The notes under the pieces are model-generated. The model was not told where the DNA came from. It did not search any database and worked only from the letters and a program-made list of their open reading frames with translations. DNA of 64,000 bases from Perna viridis (lineage: Eukaryota): the NCBI GenBank assembly GCA_037379345.1, contig CM074522.1, positions 3,162,001 through 3,226,000 on the forward strand. The letters are read 5' to 3'. Numbering within the stretch: position 1 is the first letter of the stretch; each line of letters opens with the position of its first letter. Positions 39,001 through 50,648 of this stretch are shown here, piece after piece. A program made the translations under genes and the position numbers.

Positions 39001-42000
39001 AGAGTGGGTTGTATACCAGGTTTCAGTTGAGTGTGAGTTGTATGTAAGGATTGAGTGGATTATGACATTATGCCAGATTTTTGTGGCGTGTGGGTTTTAT
39101 GCCAGGTTTTAGTGGAGTATGAATTGTGTGGCAGGTTTTAGTGGAGTGTGGGTTGTATGCCAGGTTTTAATGGAGTATGAATTTCTTGGCCATGTTGTAG
39201 TGGAGTCTGAATTGTTGCCAGGTTTTAGTGGAGTGTGGGTTATATGCCAGGTGTTAGTGGAGTACGAATTGTGTGCCAGGTTTTAGTGGAGTGTGGGTTG
39301 TATGCCAGGTTTTAGTGGAGTATGAATTTCTTTGCCAGGTTTTAGTGGAGTATGAATTGTTGGCCAGGTTTTAGTGGAGTGTAGGTTATATGTAAAGATT
39401 TAGTGATGTGTAAATTTTATGCCATGTTCGTATTTTGTGAGTTGTATATAAGGATTTATTCTAGTTTAATTGGTATGCCAGGTTATAGTTGGTTGTTAGT
39501 TGTATTCCAGGTGATAGTTAATCTTTAGTTGTATGCCAGGTTAAAGTTGATTGCTAGTTAAATTCCAGGTTATAGTTGATTGTTAGTCGTTTGCCAGGTT
39601 ATAGTTGATCGTTAGTCGTTTGCCAGGTTATAGTTGATCGTTAGTTATATTACAGGTTATAGTTGATCATTAGTTGTATGCCAGGTTATAGTTGATCATT
39701 AGTTATATTCCAGGTTATAGTTGATCGTTACTTATATTCCAGGTTATAGTTGATGGTTAGTTATATTCCAGGTTATAGTTGATTGTTAGTTGTATTCCAG
39801 GTAATAGTTAATCTTTAGTTGTATGCCAAGTTATAGTTGATTGTTAGTTATATTCCAGGTTATAGTTGATCATTAGTTATATTCCAGGTTATAGTTGATC
39901 GTTACTTATATTCCAGGTTATAGTTGATGGTTAGTTATATTCCAGGTTATAGTTGATTGTTAGTTATATTCCAGGGTATAGTTGATTGTTAGTTGTATGG
40001 CAGGTTATAGTTGATTGTTAGTTGTATGGCAGGTTATAGTTGATTGTTAGTTATATTCCAGGTTATAGTTGATCATTAGTTATATTCCAGGTTATAGTTG
40101 ATCGTTACTTATATTCCAGGTTATAGTTGATGGTTAGTTATATTCCAGGTTATAGTTGATTGTTAGTTATATTCCAGGGTATAGTTGATTGTTAGTTGTA
40201 TGGCAGGTTATAGTTGATTGTTAGTTATATTCCAGGTTATAGTTGATTGTTAGTTGTATGGCAGGTTATAGTTGATTGTTAGTTATATTCCAGGGTATAG
40301 TTGATTGTTAGTTGTATGGCAGGTTATAGTTGATGGTTAGTTGGATGCCAGGTTATAGTTGATTGTCAGTTTTATTTCAGGTTAAAGTTGATTGTTAGTT
40401 GTATGTTAGGTTATAGTTGATTCCAGGTTAAAGTTGATTGTTAGTTTTATGTTAGGTTATAGTTGTATTACAGGTTATAGTTGATCATTAGTTATATTCC
40501 AGGTTATAGTTGATTGTTAGTTGTATGCCAGGTTATAGTTGATTGTTAGTTGTATGGCAGGTTATAGTTGATCATTAGTTATATTCCAGGTTATAGTTGA
40601 TTGTTAGTTGTATGTTAGGTTATAGTTGTATTACAGGTTATAGTTGATCATTAGTTATATTCCAGGTTATAGTTGATTGTTAGTTGGATTCCAGGTTATA
40701 GTTGATTGTTAGTTGTATTCCAGGTTGTAGTTGATTGCTAGTTAAATTCCAGGTTATAGTTGATTGTTAGTTGTATGCCAGGTTATAGTTGATCATTAGT
40801 TGTATGCCAGGTTATAGTTGATTGTTAGTTGTATTCCAGGTTATAGTTGATTGTTAGTTGTATTCCAGGTTGTAGTTGATTGTCATTTACTACACTTACT
40901 GTTGTTTAATTGACATTCAGTGTAATATATTTACTTTGGGTTCTTCAAATGACTTCTCCTTAACTGCTCAAGAGATTTGAAAAAATAGTTCTATGAAAGA
41001 TGCATATTAATATGTCCTCGAAGGGAGATAACCCACACAACAGAATTCTTAGTAAATGTGCAATAATAATTAGTCATTCTAAAAATTATGAAAGTTTTAT
41101 ATCTGTTGATGTAAAATTGTGAAAGTCATGTTATATTGGTCCATGTAAAATGGTTGAAGATATTTTATAATATGTTCTTTCATTCAATTTTCAAGGCTTG
41201 GCATTTCATTAACAGAATGCTTATGTTCTTACTTTTAGATGGCCCACACATAGAGTATGGGTATAGACGTACGTATGAAGAGGGGGATAATGTAACAATA
41301 CTCTGTGATGTGCAATCTAACCCTTCTGCTAAAGTATGGTGGCAGAAGAAGGAGAACAACTCATTCTATTTGGATGGTAATCAACTGATACTCATCAATG
41401 TTACAAGAGAAAATGGTGGAGACTACCTCTGTTTTGCTTCCAGTAATAGAACACGACAAAATGGAATTGTGGAATTGGTCACAGCTAACAAAACATTCCC
41501 AATTGATGTTCAGTGTAAGTTATCCTGAGAGAATGAGTATGTGGGAGATCTTCTAAATTTGAACTATTTTATGTGGGGGTTTTGCTTGATGAATTTGATT
41601 GCACTAAAACTACAAGAAATTTAAAAAGAAGAAAACTTAAGAAAAAAAAAGAAAGTGAAAACTGTAGCTATTATTTTATTCAAAGAGTTTTTATTGAAAG
41701 GATGCACAATTCAGTGAAAGTATGTGCACTTTTTCATTTTCTAATGGTCTTTTAGCAGGGAATTTTTAAAAATTTAAATGGCAGCTGTAAAAAAAAAAGA
41801 TCTTTTTATCCTACTAGTAAGGAGACACACTCTTTGTGGGAGACATAACTCAAATCTGGGAATCTACATAAAAAATGGAAGGGTTAACATGTATGAAAGC
41901 AGTGATTTTTTACCGACCCACTGACCTAATAACATTTTACTGACCCACTGACCTAATAACATACACATGATATTGGGAGGTGGCTTAGAGCTGCAAGAAA

Positions 42001-45000
42001 TCAGAGTCTGTACTGAACATTTTCACTGGTTTGAGTAATTTGGACTACTCAGCCATTTTGTTACACAAAAGAAAAATCTTGTATGCACTAGATAGGCAGA
42101 AGAATCTGTCCAGAATTCGTTAGAGGGAATTCTAAAATAATTATAGTTGAACTGGTTGACTTTGCTAGCATTTCTATTTTATCTAAACTCCTAGCTTCCA
42201 TTCAAAATGTATAGCGAAGGTACTGTCCTTTATTTATAGTGATATCTAACTAAAATTTTTAGTACATCTCATCTCGTAGATAGGACTGCCTTAATCAACT
42301 GATCATTTCAATTATTGCAAATAATTATTGCAAATAATTCAAGCAGAATTACTTTTTTCTACATCAGAGTTTATTTTCTAGTGTAGAAATGACTGAGTAG
42401 TTCTGATTATGGTTTTAGCTGAAGGTGAAAGTTGACAGTGTATTCTTAGTCAAATTTAAATTTCGTATTACTGTGCTAAAATTAAGCATTGACCATTTTG
42501 ATTAAATGGGGCACACTTTTAATATAGAGAAATACTGAACCATACTGATTTTTTTAGGTGACATTTCAAAATTTTAAGTAATTGGATCATTTTTTTAGCC
42601 AATAAAGGTATGTATTATTGTTGTTGCCTATTGTTAGCTTTAACAGTCTTAAAATCTGGCGTTTTCTTTTTCCTTCATTTTTCTTTACCAGATGGACCTG
42701 GAAACTCCATAAGGTTATCTCCAAACATAACAACATTGGTTACAAGTCATGGATCTACATTTCCTGTCATTGAGTGTATAGCTGATTGTAACCCACCGTG
42801 TTCTTATTTCTGGACAAGGATGGGTTCTGGAGCTAATCTTACCTTGGGCACTGTCAACAGATGGCACCACACAGGAGAGCACACCTGCCAAGCTTCCAAC
42901 CGAGTTGGTAGTACTAGATATGAGACAAACATAACCTTTGTTATGTATGTAAAGTGTAAGTTGAAGTTCATTTAATGTTTCCTAATAACTGTTGGGGCAA
43001 AATTATTTATGGATTTTTGTAATGAAGATTGAAGTATCTCAGTCAAAGTTTTTTTTTATTGACTTCGATTTTCCTTCTCAAGAACAGAGTAAATTTCTTT
43101 CCATAATGGATTTTTTTCAGATATTCACATTGTAGAGCTCTGAACTTATTTATGTGGTCATATTTTAATGAATGCTCAATTTTATGTCTGTTGCTCTTGA
43201 CTGAATTATGAAATAATTATTTGCATTTATTCCTGTATATATGACCCTATTTGAAAAATTACTACATTTTTTCTAATAATGAAACTCAAATTATTACATA
43301 CAGTCAGAATACAAAGAAAAATCAAGGAAATCAAGATTTGGACAGTTATATAAGAACATGTTCCAAGGAGAATGACTATAAAGGAAAAATAGACATACAG
43401 AACAAAGAACATGAACATACAAATAACACATACAAAGAAACTAGAGTAAATAATCAACCTGCACTCCACTGGGAGCATGGACCAGGTGCACCAGCAGGGT
43501 AAGCTTCCTTTGCTCTTCTAGAAACAGCCACTTAGTTGACGAAAGAGGAAAACTACGACACTGTGAACAAATTTCTGTCAAATACCTAATCATCGTCAAA
43601 GATATCCTCTCATACTGGTCAGGATACAACAACTGCAGCAGGACAACGTTTGCTGCTCCATCTATCAATTTCTACTTTAAGAGTAAGTATTTTTTTTTAG
43701 ATCAGCCTTATATAGAAGTAGTAGACTTAAACAATTACAACTGGTATGAAGAAGGAGCTGAGGTGAAAGCTATGTGCAGTATAGAAAGTTACCCTGAACC
43801 CAACATAACATGGTCCAGAAATGATGGAGTAGTCATCCCAGCAGGTAAAGTACCCTGAACCCAACATAACATGGTCCAGAAATGATGGAGTAGTCATCCT
43901 GCAGGTAAAATATCCTGAAACTTACTTTACATGGCTCGATGAAGTAGGCATCCCAGCAGGTAAAGTACCCTACACCCAACATAACATGGTCCAGAAATGA
44001 TGGAGTAGTCATCCCTGCAGGTAAAATATCCTGAAATAACATTACATGGTCCGATGAAGTAGGCATCCCAGCAGATAAAGCAAACTGAACTTAACATAAT
44101 ATTGTCCAGAAATAACGTGGTATAGAACTATGAACCAAACTTAAGATGGTCCAGAAATGATGGACCAGACATCCAAGCAGATAAAGCCAACATAATATAG
44201 TATAGAAATGATAGATTGGTCATCCCAGCAGTAAGTGTATCCTTAAACTTACATAGTTGGTCCAGAAATGATTAAGTAGACATTCAAGCATGGAAAGTAC
44301 CTGAACCCAACAGAACATGGTCTAGAATTAATAATATTTTATCAGATGAGCCACTCTTGTTTGATTTGGTATAACTGTCTTAGATTTACTTTTATAATTC
44401 AACTTGATTTTATATAAGATTTCTACTTGGTTGTTTTCATTTAGTGGATCAGATTATTTTGTATAAAATGACTTGATGCTATGATGTCATTCTATTTGTC
44501 TGCACACAGCAATTCAAACAAGGGAACTGCCATTTGGTTTTTAGGGGGAGGGTGCTAAAATTTGAAATAAAAAGGCAGGATTGGAATTTTCAAGAAATTA
44601 AAAAGCAGAACAGCCCATTAAAAATATGCAAGATCTATTATAAAGACATCTGATATTTGTTTGTTTATATTCTTATTTAAAAAAAGGAAAAAAAGCAAGA
44701 CCTGTATTATCGCAAAATAAAAAGTTAGGATTGAAAATTTGTCAAGCTCCCACCCTAAAAAATAAAATGACTGCTCCCTAAACCCAAAGGAAGTAATGCT
44801 TTGAATATAAATTAATTATTGAACTTTAGACTGTCATCTACTAGAAATTTAATGATACTTGATAACCTGTTCAACAATTATAAACTTGTTTAGTAATTGT
44901 GACATTTTTATGGTGCATTTTAAAAATTCTGCTATTTTTTAATTTAACAAATTATCACATATAATGATACATGCCAATATTAGTTTTGGGGAAATGACAT

Positions 45001-48000
45001 GTCTGTTCACTGTATTTAAACAATTTCTTATTTTTCCTGTAGGAACCTTTACTATTAATACAACAGTCAACTGTATATACGATTGTAAGGTTGACTCCAC
45101 AATGACAATACACCATGCTGAATGTTTAGAATCAGGAAGTTATTACACATGTAGCGCTGACAATGGTGTCACTGGACCAGTTTCTAAAAAGTCATTAAAT
45201 AGGATGTTGGTTAAATGTGAGTACCCTAATGTTAGATATTCCCTCACCAATGTGAGTACCCTAATGCTAGATATTCCATCACCAATGTGAGTACCCTAAT
45301 GCTAGATATTCCATCACCAATGGGAGTACCCTAATGCTAGATATTCCATCACCAATGTGAGTACCCTAATGTAAGATATTCCCTCATCAATGCCAGTACC
45401 CTAATATTAGTTAATTGTTCCTTCATCAATATGAGTACCCAGAATGTAAGTCAGATATTCCCTGATCAATGCTAGTATCCAAATTTTAGTTACTAAGTTA
45501 TATATTCCATCACCAATGTGAGGAGCCATGTATTAGTTAGATATTCCCTCACCAGTGTGAGTACCCATGTATTAGTTAGATATTCCCTCACCAATGTGAG
45601 GACCCATGTATTAGTTAGACCTTTCCTTACCAATGTGAGGACCCATGTATTAGTTAGACCTTTCCTTACCAATGTGAGGACCCTAATGTTAGTTAAATAT
45701 TCCCTCACCAATGTGAGGACCCATGTATTAGTTAGATATTCCCTCACCAATGTGAATACCCATGTATTAGTTAGATATTCCCTCACCATTGTGAGGACCC
45801 TAATGTTAGTTGGATATTCCCTCACCAATGTGAGGACCCATGTATTAGTTAGATATTCCCTCACCAATGTGAGGACCCACGCATCAGTTAGACATTTCCT
45901 TACCAATGTGAGGACCCTAATGTTAGTTTGATATTCCCTCACCACTGTGAGTACCCATGTATTAGTTAGATATTCCCTCGCCATTGTGAGGACCCTAACG
46001 TTAGTTAGATATTCCCTCACAAAGGTGAGTACCCATGTATTAGTTAGATATTCCCTCGCCATTGTGAGTACCCATGTATTAGTTAGATATTCCCTCACCA
46101 GTGTGAGTACCCATGTATTAGTTAGATATTCCCTCACCAATGTGAGTACCCATGTATTAGTTAGATATTCCCTCGCCATTGTGAAGACCCTAATGTTAGT
46201 TAGAAATTCCCTCACCACTGTGAGTACCCACGTATTAGTTAGTTATTTCCTTACCAATGTGAGAACCTTGTGTTTTTGTGTGATATTCCCTCACCAATGT
46301 GAGTACCTAATGTTATAGTTAGAAATATTTTCTAATTACCACTCATTAGAGTTGGGGCTATATTTCCATAGAGTTTTCTTTTACAGATATCTTCAAGTTT
46401 TGACTGCATATTATGCATTATGTATTGTGAATCTATCAATGGTATTTGTGTTAAAATCAAACAAAGTTTTGCCCATGGATTGTGTAACCAGATGTGTATT
46501 GCAAATGTGTCAGTCTGCCTCTCGCGCCATCTGTTACACTTTTCTGTAATAGATTTCTCAGCTTTTACTGAATGGGATGCGAACATATTTGGTGTACTGT
46601 TTTTGCATTATAATTTAAACCAAGCTGTCCTTTTCCAAGTTCGCGCCTGTCGACTTCCTGTTTACCATACCCCTATTTTGAAAGAAATGGTTTTGGTCAG
46701 GGTATTCTTAGCATAACATTGAAGGACTTGTTAATGGAGCATAATGAGAGATACACATCAATAGTAGTATCACTACTGTTTATTGTAGCATCTATTTGTC
46801 TGCCATTGAAATCATTGTAAGCACTACTTCAATGGCCTTTGGCCTTAATTGTTTACCTGGATGTTGGGAAAAAGCCAAAACCCAATTCATTTTCACGGTG
46901 TAAGGTCAAAATTTTAGGTTTTTAGTTGTTCTTTTCTGTGATTCATTTAAAATGAACTTGTTCATATTGTTACATACATAGAAAAAACATGTGTCTACTA
47001 ATTTTTAAGATCAAAGGTAATTCCACATTTTTAAGTTGAAAATTTTAGTAACCTTTTCTTGTATTGCCTTGGTTTATTTGGTGTCATTTAAGTCTGATTT
47101 TAAGACTTAATTTTAGTCATTTATGTATTTTTTGGTATTTTCTTTTAAGGTAATCCACGACCAGCAAACATGAGTGTCTATAATTACAGTTTAAAACTTG
47201 GTGATACTATCAACTTGACAGCTACTTTCATTTCAATACCTGGACCAGCAGTACAATGGCTGTTCAGACCCAAACCAACATCAGGAAACAGTTCCTTAGA
47301 AATAGATGATTCAGATCGTAGCTGGAAAAACATCTTTTTCACAGCTGTCTATACTATTGATTCCATTAGATATTATGACTTTGGTCAATATTTTGCTGTT
47401 GCTGATAACTTTAATGGCATTCAATCTACTATTACATTCAATGTGAAGCAAAATAGAGAAGGTATATAAACTTTCTCAGTTTATCATGACAAATAGTCAT
47501 CACCAAATGTTATAATTAATGACTTCTTTATTGTCATTGGTTAATTTAATTTTCACATTTTTGTTGACATTGCAGTGTCCCAGCTAGGACTTGAGGGCAG
47601 AAGGGCGCAAATTTTTAAAAAAGCACTTTTTACACACAAACTTCATGAAAAGGGGCAGTATTGTTAATTTCTATAATTTGAAAATCTATAATATGAGTTG
47701 TTCTTCCTATTTTAAAAGTTTAACTGACTACTGAAGATCATTTACTTAACTTCTTTTTATTTTAAGGATTTCCTGAAAAGGCCCATAACCTTGCGGTAGT
47801 GTGTTCCAAATCATCAGCTGTGATTACATGGATATCAGCATACAATGGAGGATACAGACAGAACTTTACTGTCTACTGGGGCTGGTTAAGCCCACCCAGG
47901 GTAAGAGGTCAGACTGTCAGTGATCCAGGAGAAAACATGACTGTTGCTGTGACAATGGAGTTGATGGAGACTGACGTCACTTATTTTTTCTCTGTTGAAG

Positions 48001-50241
48001 CTGTCAATCAGATTGGTTTTACTTCTTCAAATGAAGTGGTCAGTTGTACCACAGGTGAGTACCCTTGCTATTGGAAAGGCCTTTATAGAATGATTGTACT
48101 ACTTCTTAAGATGTTCAGCATGGGAGCAACAGTATGTCTATTTTAAAATTACAACTTATGGTAGTTTTTAAATTGAATGCCCTTGAGCAATTTCTGAATT
48201 GACAGTACATGTACATACATGTCCTTATAAGTACATGTAGGTTAATTTAAAACTTATCACTCCATACTGGAGTCTTCTAATAGCTTGGTACACAAGAGTC
48301 CAGGAAATTCTGGGTTCCATTCCTGGCTCTAATCAAACCAAAAGATGTCAGCCATTGCTCCTCCCTGAGAAATAACTGATTGGCTTGGAGTCAAAATAAT
48401 ATGTGTGAGTTATGTGACATATCTACCTGTTGGTTGTTGCTTTATATTACTAGCACAATTAAAATCAAGATCAGCATGTCAAACATATTATACCTGAAAT
48501 TTATGAAGTTCCTGCTATATGATGTAAAACTACAATCTATCCATCAATCCAACAGATTCAACATCATTAAATGTCAGACAGAATCAGGCAGTGGGTGAAA
48601 CATAGTATGGAAAAACCCATAATTTTGAAAGTTTAATTTGACTACTTGCACTATCAGAATCAAGGAGAAAGGACAAGATTTTTCATATTATGTTGGTGCA
48701 TTGAGTTATAATTTCATTGAAATGCACTAAAAATGAACATTTCAAGGACAGATAACTCTGTCAAAAACCTCATTTTTCTAACATTCTATTGAAAATTGTC
48801 TGAGGAAATCCAGAGATGCAGTGATCAGATAATGGTATTTTCAAATAAAGAAAGCATCCTTGAGTGAAATCATATTGTCAGATTGGTAGGGTTTTGACAT
48901 GCATTTTTCTGATTGTTTCCCATTTTGCCAGATTCTTACAAAAACTGAAACTTAATTATGTACATGCAACCAATATTTTTTTTACTTTCAAGATATGTTT
49001 GTTTTGGTCTTGTAGCAAGGACTGGTTTTGGAACACAAACACAGACAGCCAGTAAAGGAGGGGTTATAGCAGGTGCTATCATTGGATCTTTACTGTTTGT
49101 GGCTATTCTGGGAATCATAGGCTTTATTCTATTCAGGAGATATCAGTCTAAGAAAGGTATCCCACTTTAATCTGAGATATAGAAGGGGCATATTGGAGAT
49201 TTTTAAGAGGGAGTTACCCAGTTTGCCCAACATTTTGCAAGAATTTTTTTTTACTGTGAAAATTGTATTAAAAACATTCAATTATTTTTTTCATTAAACT
49301 ATTGGAACTACTACTCAGTCTTTCATGTTAGCCACAAACTATTTTATTTTCAAAAGGGGGGGGGGTGATTTTATGTTGAGTTAGAAATTCTTGTTCGTGC
49401 AAGCCCCCAATTCATTCTTTTTTTCCACCAGCAGCCCCAGTTACTGGTACAATAAAATCATTTGAAAATCTGTAATTTTAAGTAATGGTGGAAATATTGA
49501 ACTGTATTTTTTCTGTTCATGATAGATTAAAAAATCTTTTAGGGGCTTAAATTTGGAATACTGAAAAAAAATGACTGGTGTCTTACACACAAGAAAAACC
49601 TTGTATGCACTAAGCTAAAGAATTTTTCTGTATTTTTTTTTTTTGATCAGATACTTACTCTAAGCTTAACTGGTAGAATTTTTGCCCACTACCTTTTTTC
49701 TTAGGTTTTTTCTTTGTGCCAAGATTGTCATAAGATTTAGTGTTCTTTATATCTAGTTACATCTAACGAAAATTCTTAGCTTCACCTGATTGATGGAACC
49801 ACTTTGGTCCATGTAACACTATAATTTTGGTGAATAATTCAAGAAGAAATTCTCCTTTCTGCACCTGATAATATTTTTAGTGTAGTAAAATGGCTGTGTC
49901 GGTTCCAATTGTCCTTTTTAGAGGTTCTGAAGTCACTAATTAGCCATATCTGAACTGGTTTATACAACCAATGAACACTTATATTTTACCAAATGACTAC
50001 TGATCAGTTTTATGGAATGATCTTTTTTGGTTGTCCCTTTTACATAAATGAATTTAATAATATAAATATAGAAACAGATTTCATTATTTTTCTTTTAAAT
50101 TTGCTTTTGTTAAAGAAATATAAAATGTGTAAAATTTATATTTAAAAATATTTTGAATTCAAAGAAAATTTGTAACATTCTTTCATTTTAGGTAATTCAA
50201 AGTTTGGAGACCTGCATGTTAAGTTCAACAACAGAAATTGA
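24031..50241 (+). CDS. Multi-exon type I membrane IgSF protein (signal peptide + 8 Ig + FN3 + TM + short tail; nephrin/hemicentin-like), ~967 aa
   Basis: 15 exons with GT-AG boundaries and matching phases total 2904 nt with no internal stop. Exons are listed individually below. Confidence 0.85.
25263..25553 (+). CDS. IgSF gene: Ig domain 1
   Basis: cag| ... T|gtaagt. EGQPLTVTC...ATRDDDGENVSC. Confidence 0.9.
25845..26605 (+). mobile_element. PLE (Naiad-type by motif resemblance): RT C-terminus plus 3' terminal repeat
   Basis: Frameshifted YPKELELKDATDTVKSASYLDLHLEI, GKLLTTLYNKR, IVNFP and LLKQGYVATRLMSSLQKFYGCH run directly into the ~290-bp dispersed repeat. Confidence 0.8.
26795..27050. 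repeat. GATC-rich dispersed repeat, related in inverted orientation to 57080-57400
   Basis: atcagtttccagtc..atctgtcaaac here versus gtttgacagat..gactggaaactgat at ~57.3 kb. Confidence 0.5.
28000..28317 (+). CDS. IgSF gene: Ig domain 2
   Basis: aag| ... T|gtaagt. YEEGDTIQITCNSIRSRPAA...YNGMFILC. Confidence 0.85.
28890..30760 (+). mobile_element. Degenerate HINE/Helentron-like repeats; similar 3' ends at ~28890-29050 and ~30630-30760
   Basis: Duplicated tttatcctgtgtcaaat...aatcaaaatt...aagcattt ends, with diverged internal repeats between them. Confidence 0.45.
31153..31334 (+). CDS. IgSF gene: Ig domain 3, first half
   Basis: ctacag| YGPYED...EGSTLTFKCKSGDVNPAPTFLWY...GAG |gtaaag (phase 1 in, phase 0 out). 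Confidence 0.85.
31846..31978 (+). CDS. IgSF gene: Ig domain 3, second half
   Basis: tttcag| THYDAY...LNRNHIGTKITCVV...DVY T|gtaagt. Confidence 0.85.
32671..32823 (+). CDS. IgSF gene: Ig domain 4, first half
   Basis: ttgcag| YKPVVEI...EGDNVNLTCNLIESNPVTTVSW... G|gtaaag. Confidence 0.88.
33130..33430 (-). mobile_element. 3' end of an I/Nimb-group LINE (C-terminal CCHC-like region), degraded
   Basis: VIFYLKTWYNRLNKHLNRVMKVIPSPMCPCGGTEQDTTHILQ matches the LRTGH...CxC...H pattern. Confidence 0.7.
33498..33670 (+). mobile_element. PLE terminal fragment
   Basis: ctaccagtgcatctggtccatgctcccag...ggttcccttt. Confidence 0.75.
34362..34541 (+). mobile_element. PLE terminal fragment
   Basis: gcatctggtccatgctcccag...ggttcccttgattact. 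Confidence 0.75.
35640..36300. repeat. 29-30-bp minisatellite inside a 300/360-bp tandem duplication
   Basis: Unit aaacaatgtacatgtagtaaatacgagtt. Blocks 35640-35940 and 35941-36300 end identically. Confidence 0.9.
36434..36556 (+). CDS. IgSF gene: Ig domain 4, second half
   Basis: ttacag| GSSSELFIIRDV...YKCDAYNRVG...LNVQ T|gtaagt. Confidence 0.9.
36743..37227. repeat. ~150-bp inverted repeat (36743-36897 and 37083-37227)
   Basis: The arms are near-perfect reverse complements. Preceded by (AATC)n. Confidence 0.9.
37330..40882. repeat. 29-bp intronic satellite (~120 units, two subtypes)
   Basis: Subtypes ggttatagttgattgttagttgtatgcca and ggttttagtggagccttagttgtatgcca. Confidence 0.95.
41239..41514 (+). 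CDS. IgSF gene: Ig domain 5
   Basis: ttttag| YGPHI...EGDNVTILCDVQSNPSAKVWW...GDYLCFAS...DVQ T|gtaagt. Confidence 0.92.
42692..42955 (+). CDS. IgSF gene: Ig domain 6
   Basis: taccag| YGPGNS...CIADCNPPCSYFW...GEHTCQASN...YVK T|gtaagt. Confidence 0.92.
43320..43525 (-). mobile_element. Degenerate PLE terminal fragment
   Basis: gggagcatggaccaggtgcaccagcagggtaagc...tctagaaac. Confidence 0.7.
43701..43844 (+). CDS. IgSF gene: Ig domain 7, first half
   Basis: ttttag| YQPYI...EEGAEVKAMCSIESYPEPNITW...PA G|gtaaag. Confidence 0.88.
43786..44330 (+). repeat. ~55-61-bp tandem repeat copied from the exon 3' end and its splice donor
   Basis: accctgaacccaacataacatggtccagaaatgatggagtagtcatcccagcaggtaaag repeated, with progressive decay. 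Confidence 0.9.
45043..45216 (+). CDS. IgSF gene: Ig domain 7, second half
   Basis: ctgtag| GTFTIN...AECLESGSYYTCSADNGV...LVK T|gtgagt. Confidence 0.88.
45213..46315. repeat. 35/39-bp minisatellite starting at the splice donor
   Basis: Unit aatgtgagtacccatgtattagttagatattccctcacc, about 28 copies. Confidence 0.95.
47150..47461 (+). CDS. IgSF gene: Ig domain 8 (lacks the canonical Cys pair)
   Basis: tttaag| CNPRP...GDTINLTATFISIPGPAVQW...DFGQYFAVADN...NRE G|gtatat. Confidence 0.9.
47767..48054 (+). CDS. IgSF gene: fibronectin type III domain
   Basis: tttaag| GFPEKAHNL...AVITWISAYNGGYRQNFTVY...TYFFSVEAVNQIG... G|gtgagt. Confidence 0.92.
48265..48548 (+). mobile_element. Degenerate tRNA-derived SINE (V-domain-like)
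   Basis: B-box-like gggttccattcc, then ctgattggcttggagtcaaaataatatgtg...ctagcacaattaaaatc, then an (AATC)-like tail. Confidence 0.55.
49016..49156 (+). CDS. IgSF gene: transmembrane exon
   Basis: ttgtag| ...GGVIAGAIIGSLLFVAILGIIGFILF RRYQSKK G|gtatcc. Confidence 0.92.
50192..50241 (+). CDS. IgSF gene: probable last coding exon (GNSKFGDLHVKFNNRN*)
   Basis: Polypyrimidine acceptor tttcattttag|, phase 1, stop TGA at 50239-50241. Confidence 0.65.
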
Positions 50242-50648
50242 GAAGTAGGAGAAGCCTTTGTTTAAATTATCAAAATGATGACATAATAAGTGTGAAACAT
50301 GTCTCAACTTAGATGGTGGCATTTTACCAGCCAATTTTAGTTATTTTTTTATTTTTACGGAGTAACACAAAATGGCATTATATCTTTATCTACCTCATCA
50401 AATTATTTTTTTCATGCTTCTTTGATTTTTTTTTTAAAAAAAGTGAAGGGTTTTTTATATGTTTTCATGTAAAGGAAGGAAGTTTTTTGAATATTTGCTA
50501 TTTTTTTTACTATTGGCTATTTTTTGGTGCAGAGTTCATAGACTTTACACCAAAGCATGGTCAAAGGTTTGGAATGCATGGAGGGAAAAAGGAACCATCC
50601 CTTTGAAAGTAAGAAATAAGCAATAGAATTGGATTTCACATAATTGAC

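Noticed and set aside
37330-40882. CRISPR-like array (also considered for 62607-64000)
   Set aside because: Head-to-tail monomers with no unique spacers, no cas genes, and a eukaryotic context.
45493-46318. Long repetitive ORFs on both strands (241, 137 and 123 aa)
   Set aside because: They are products of a 39-bp (13-codon) minisatellite in an intron, with no coding support.
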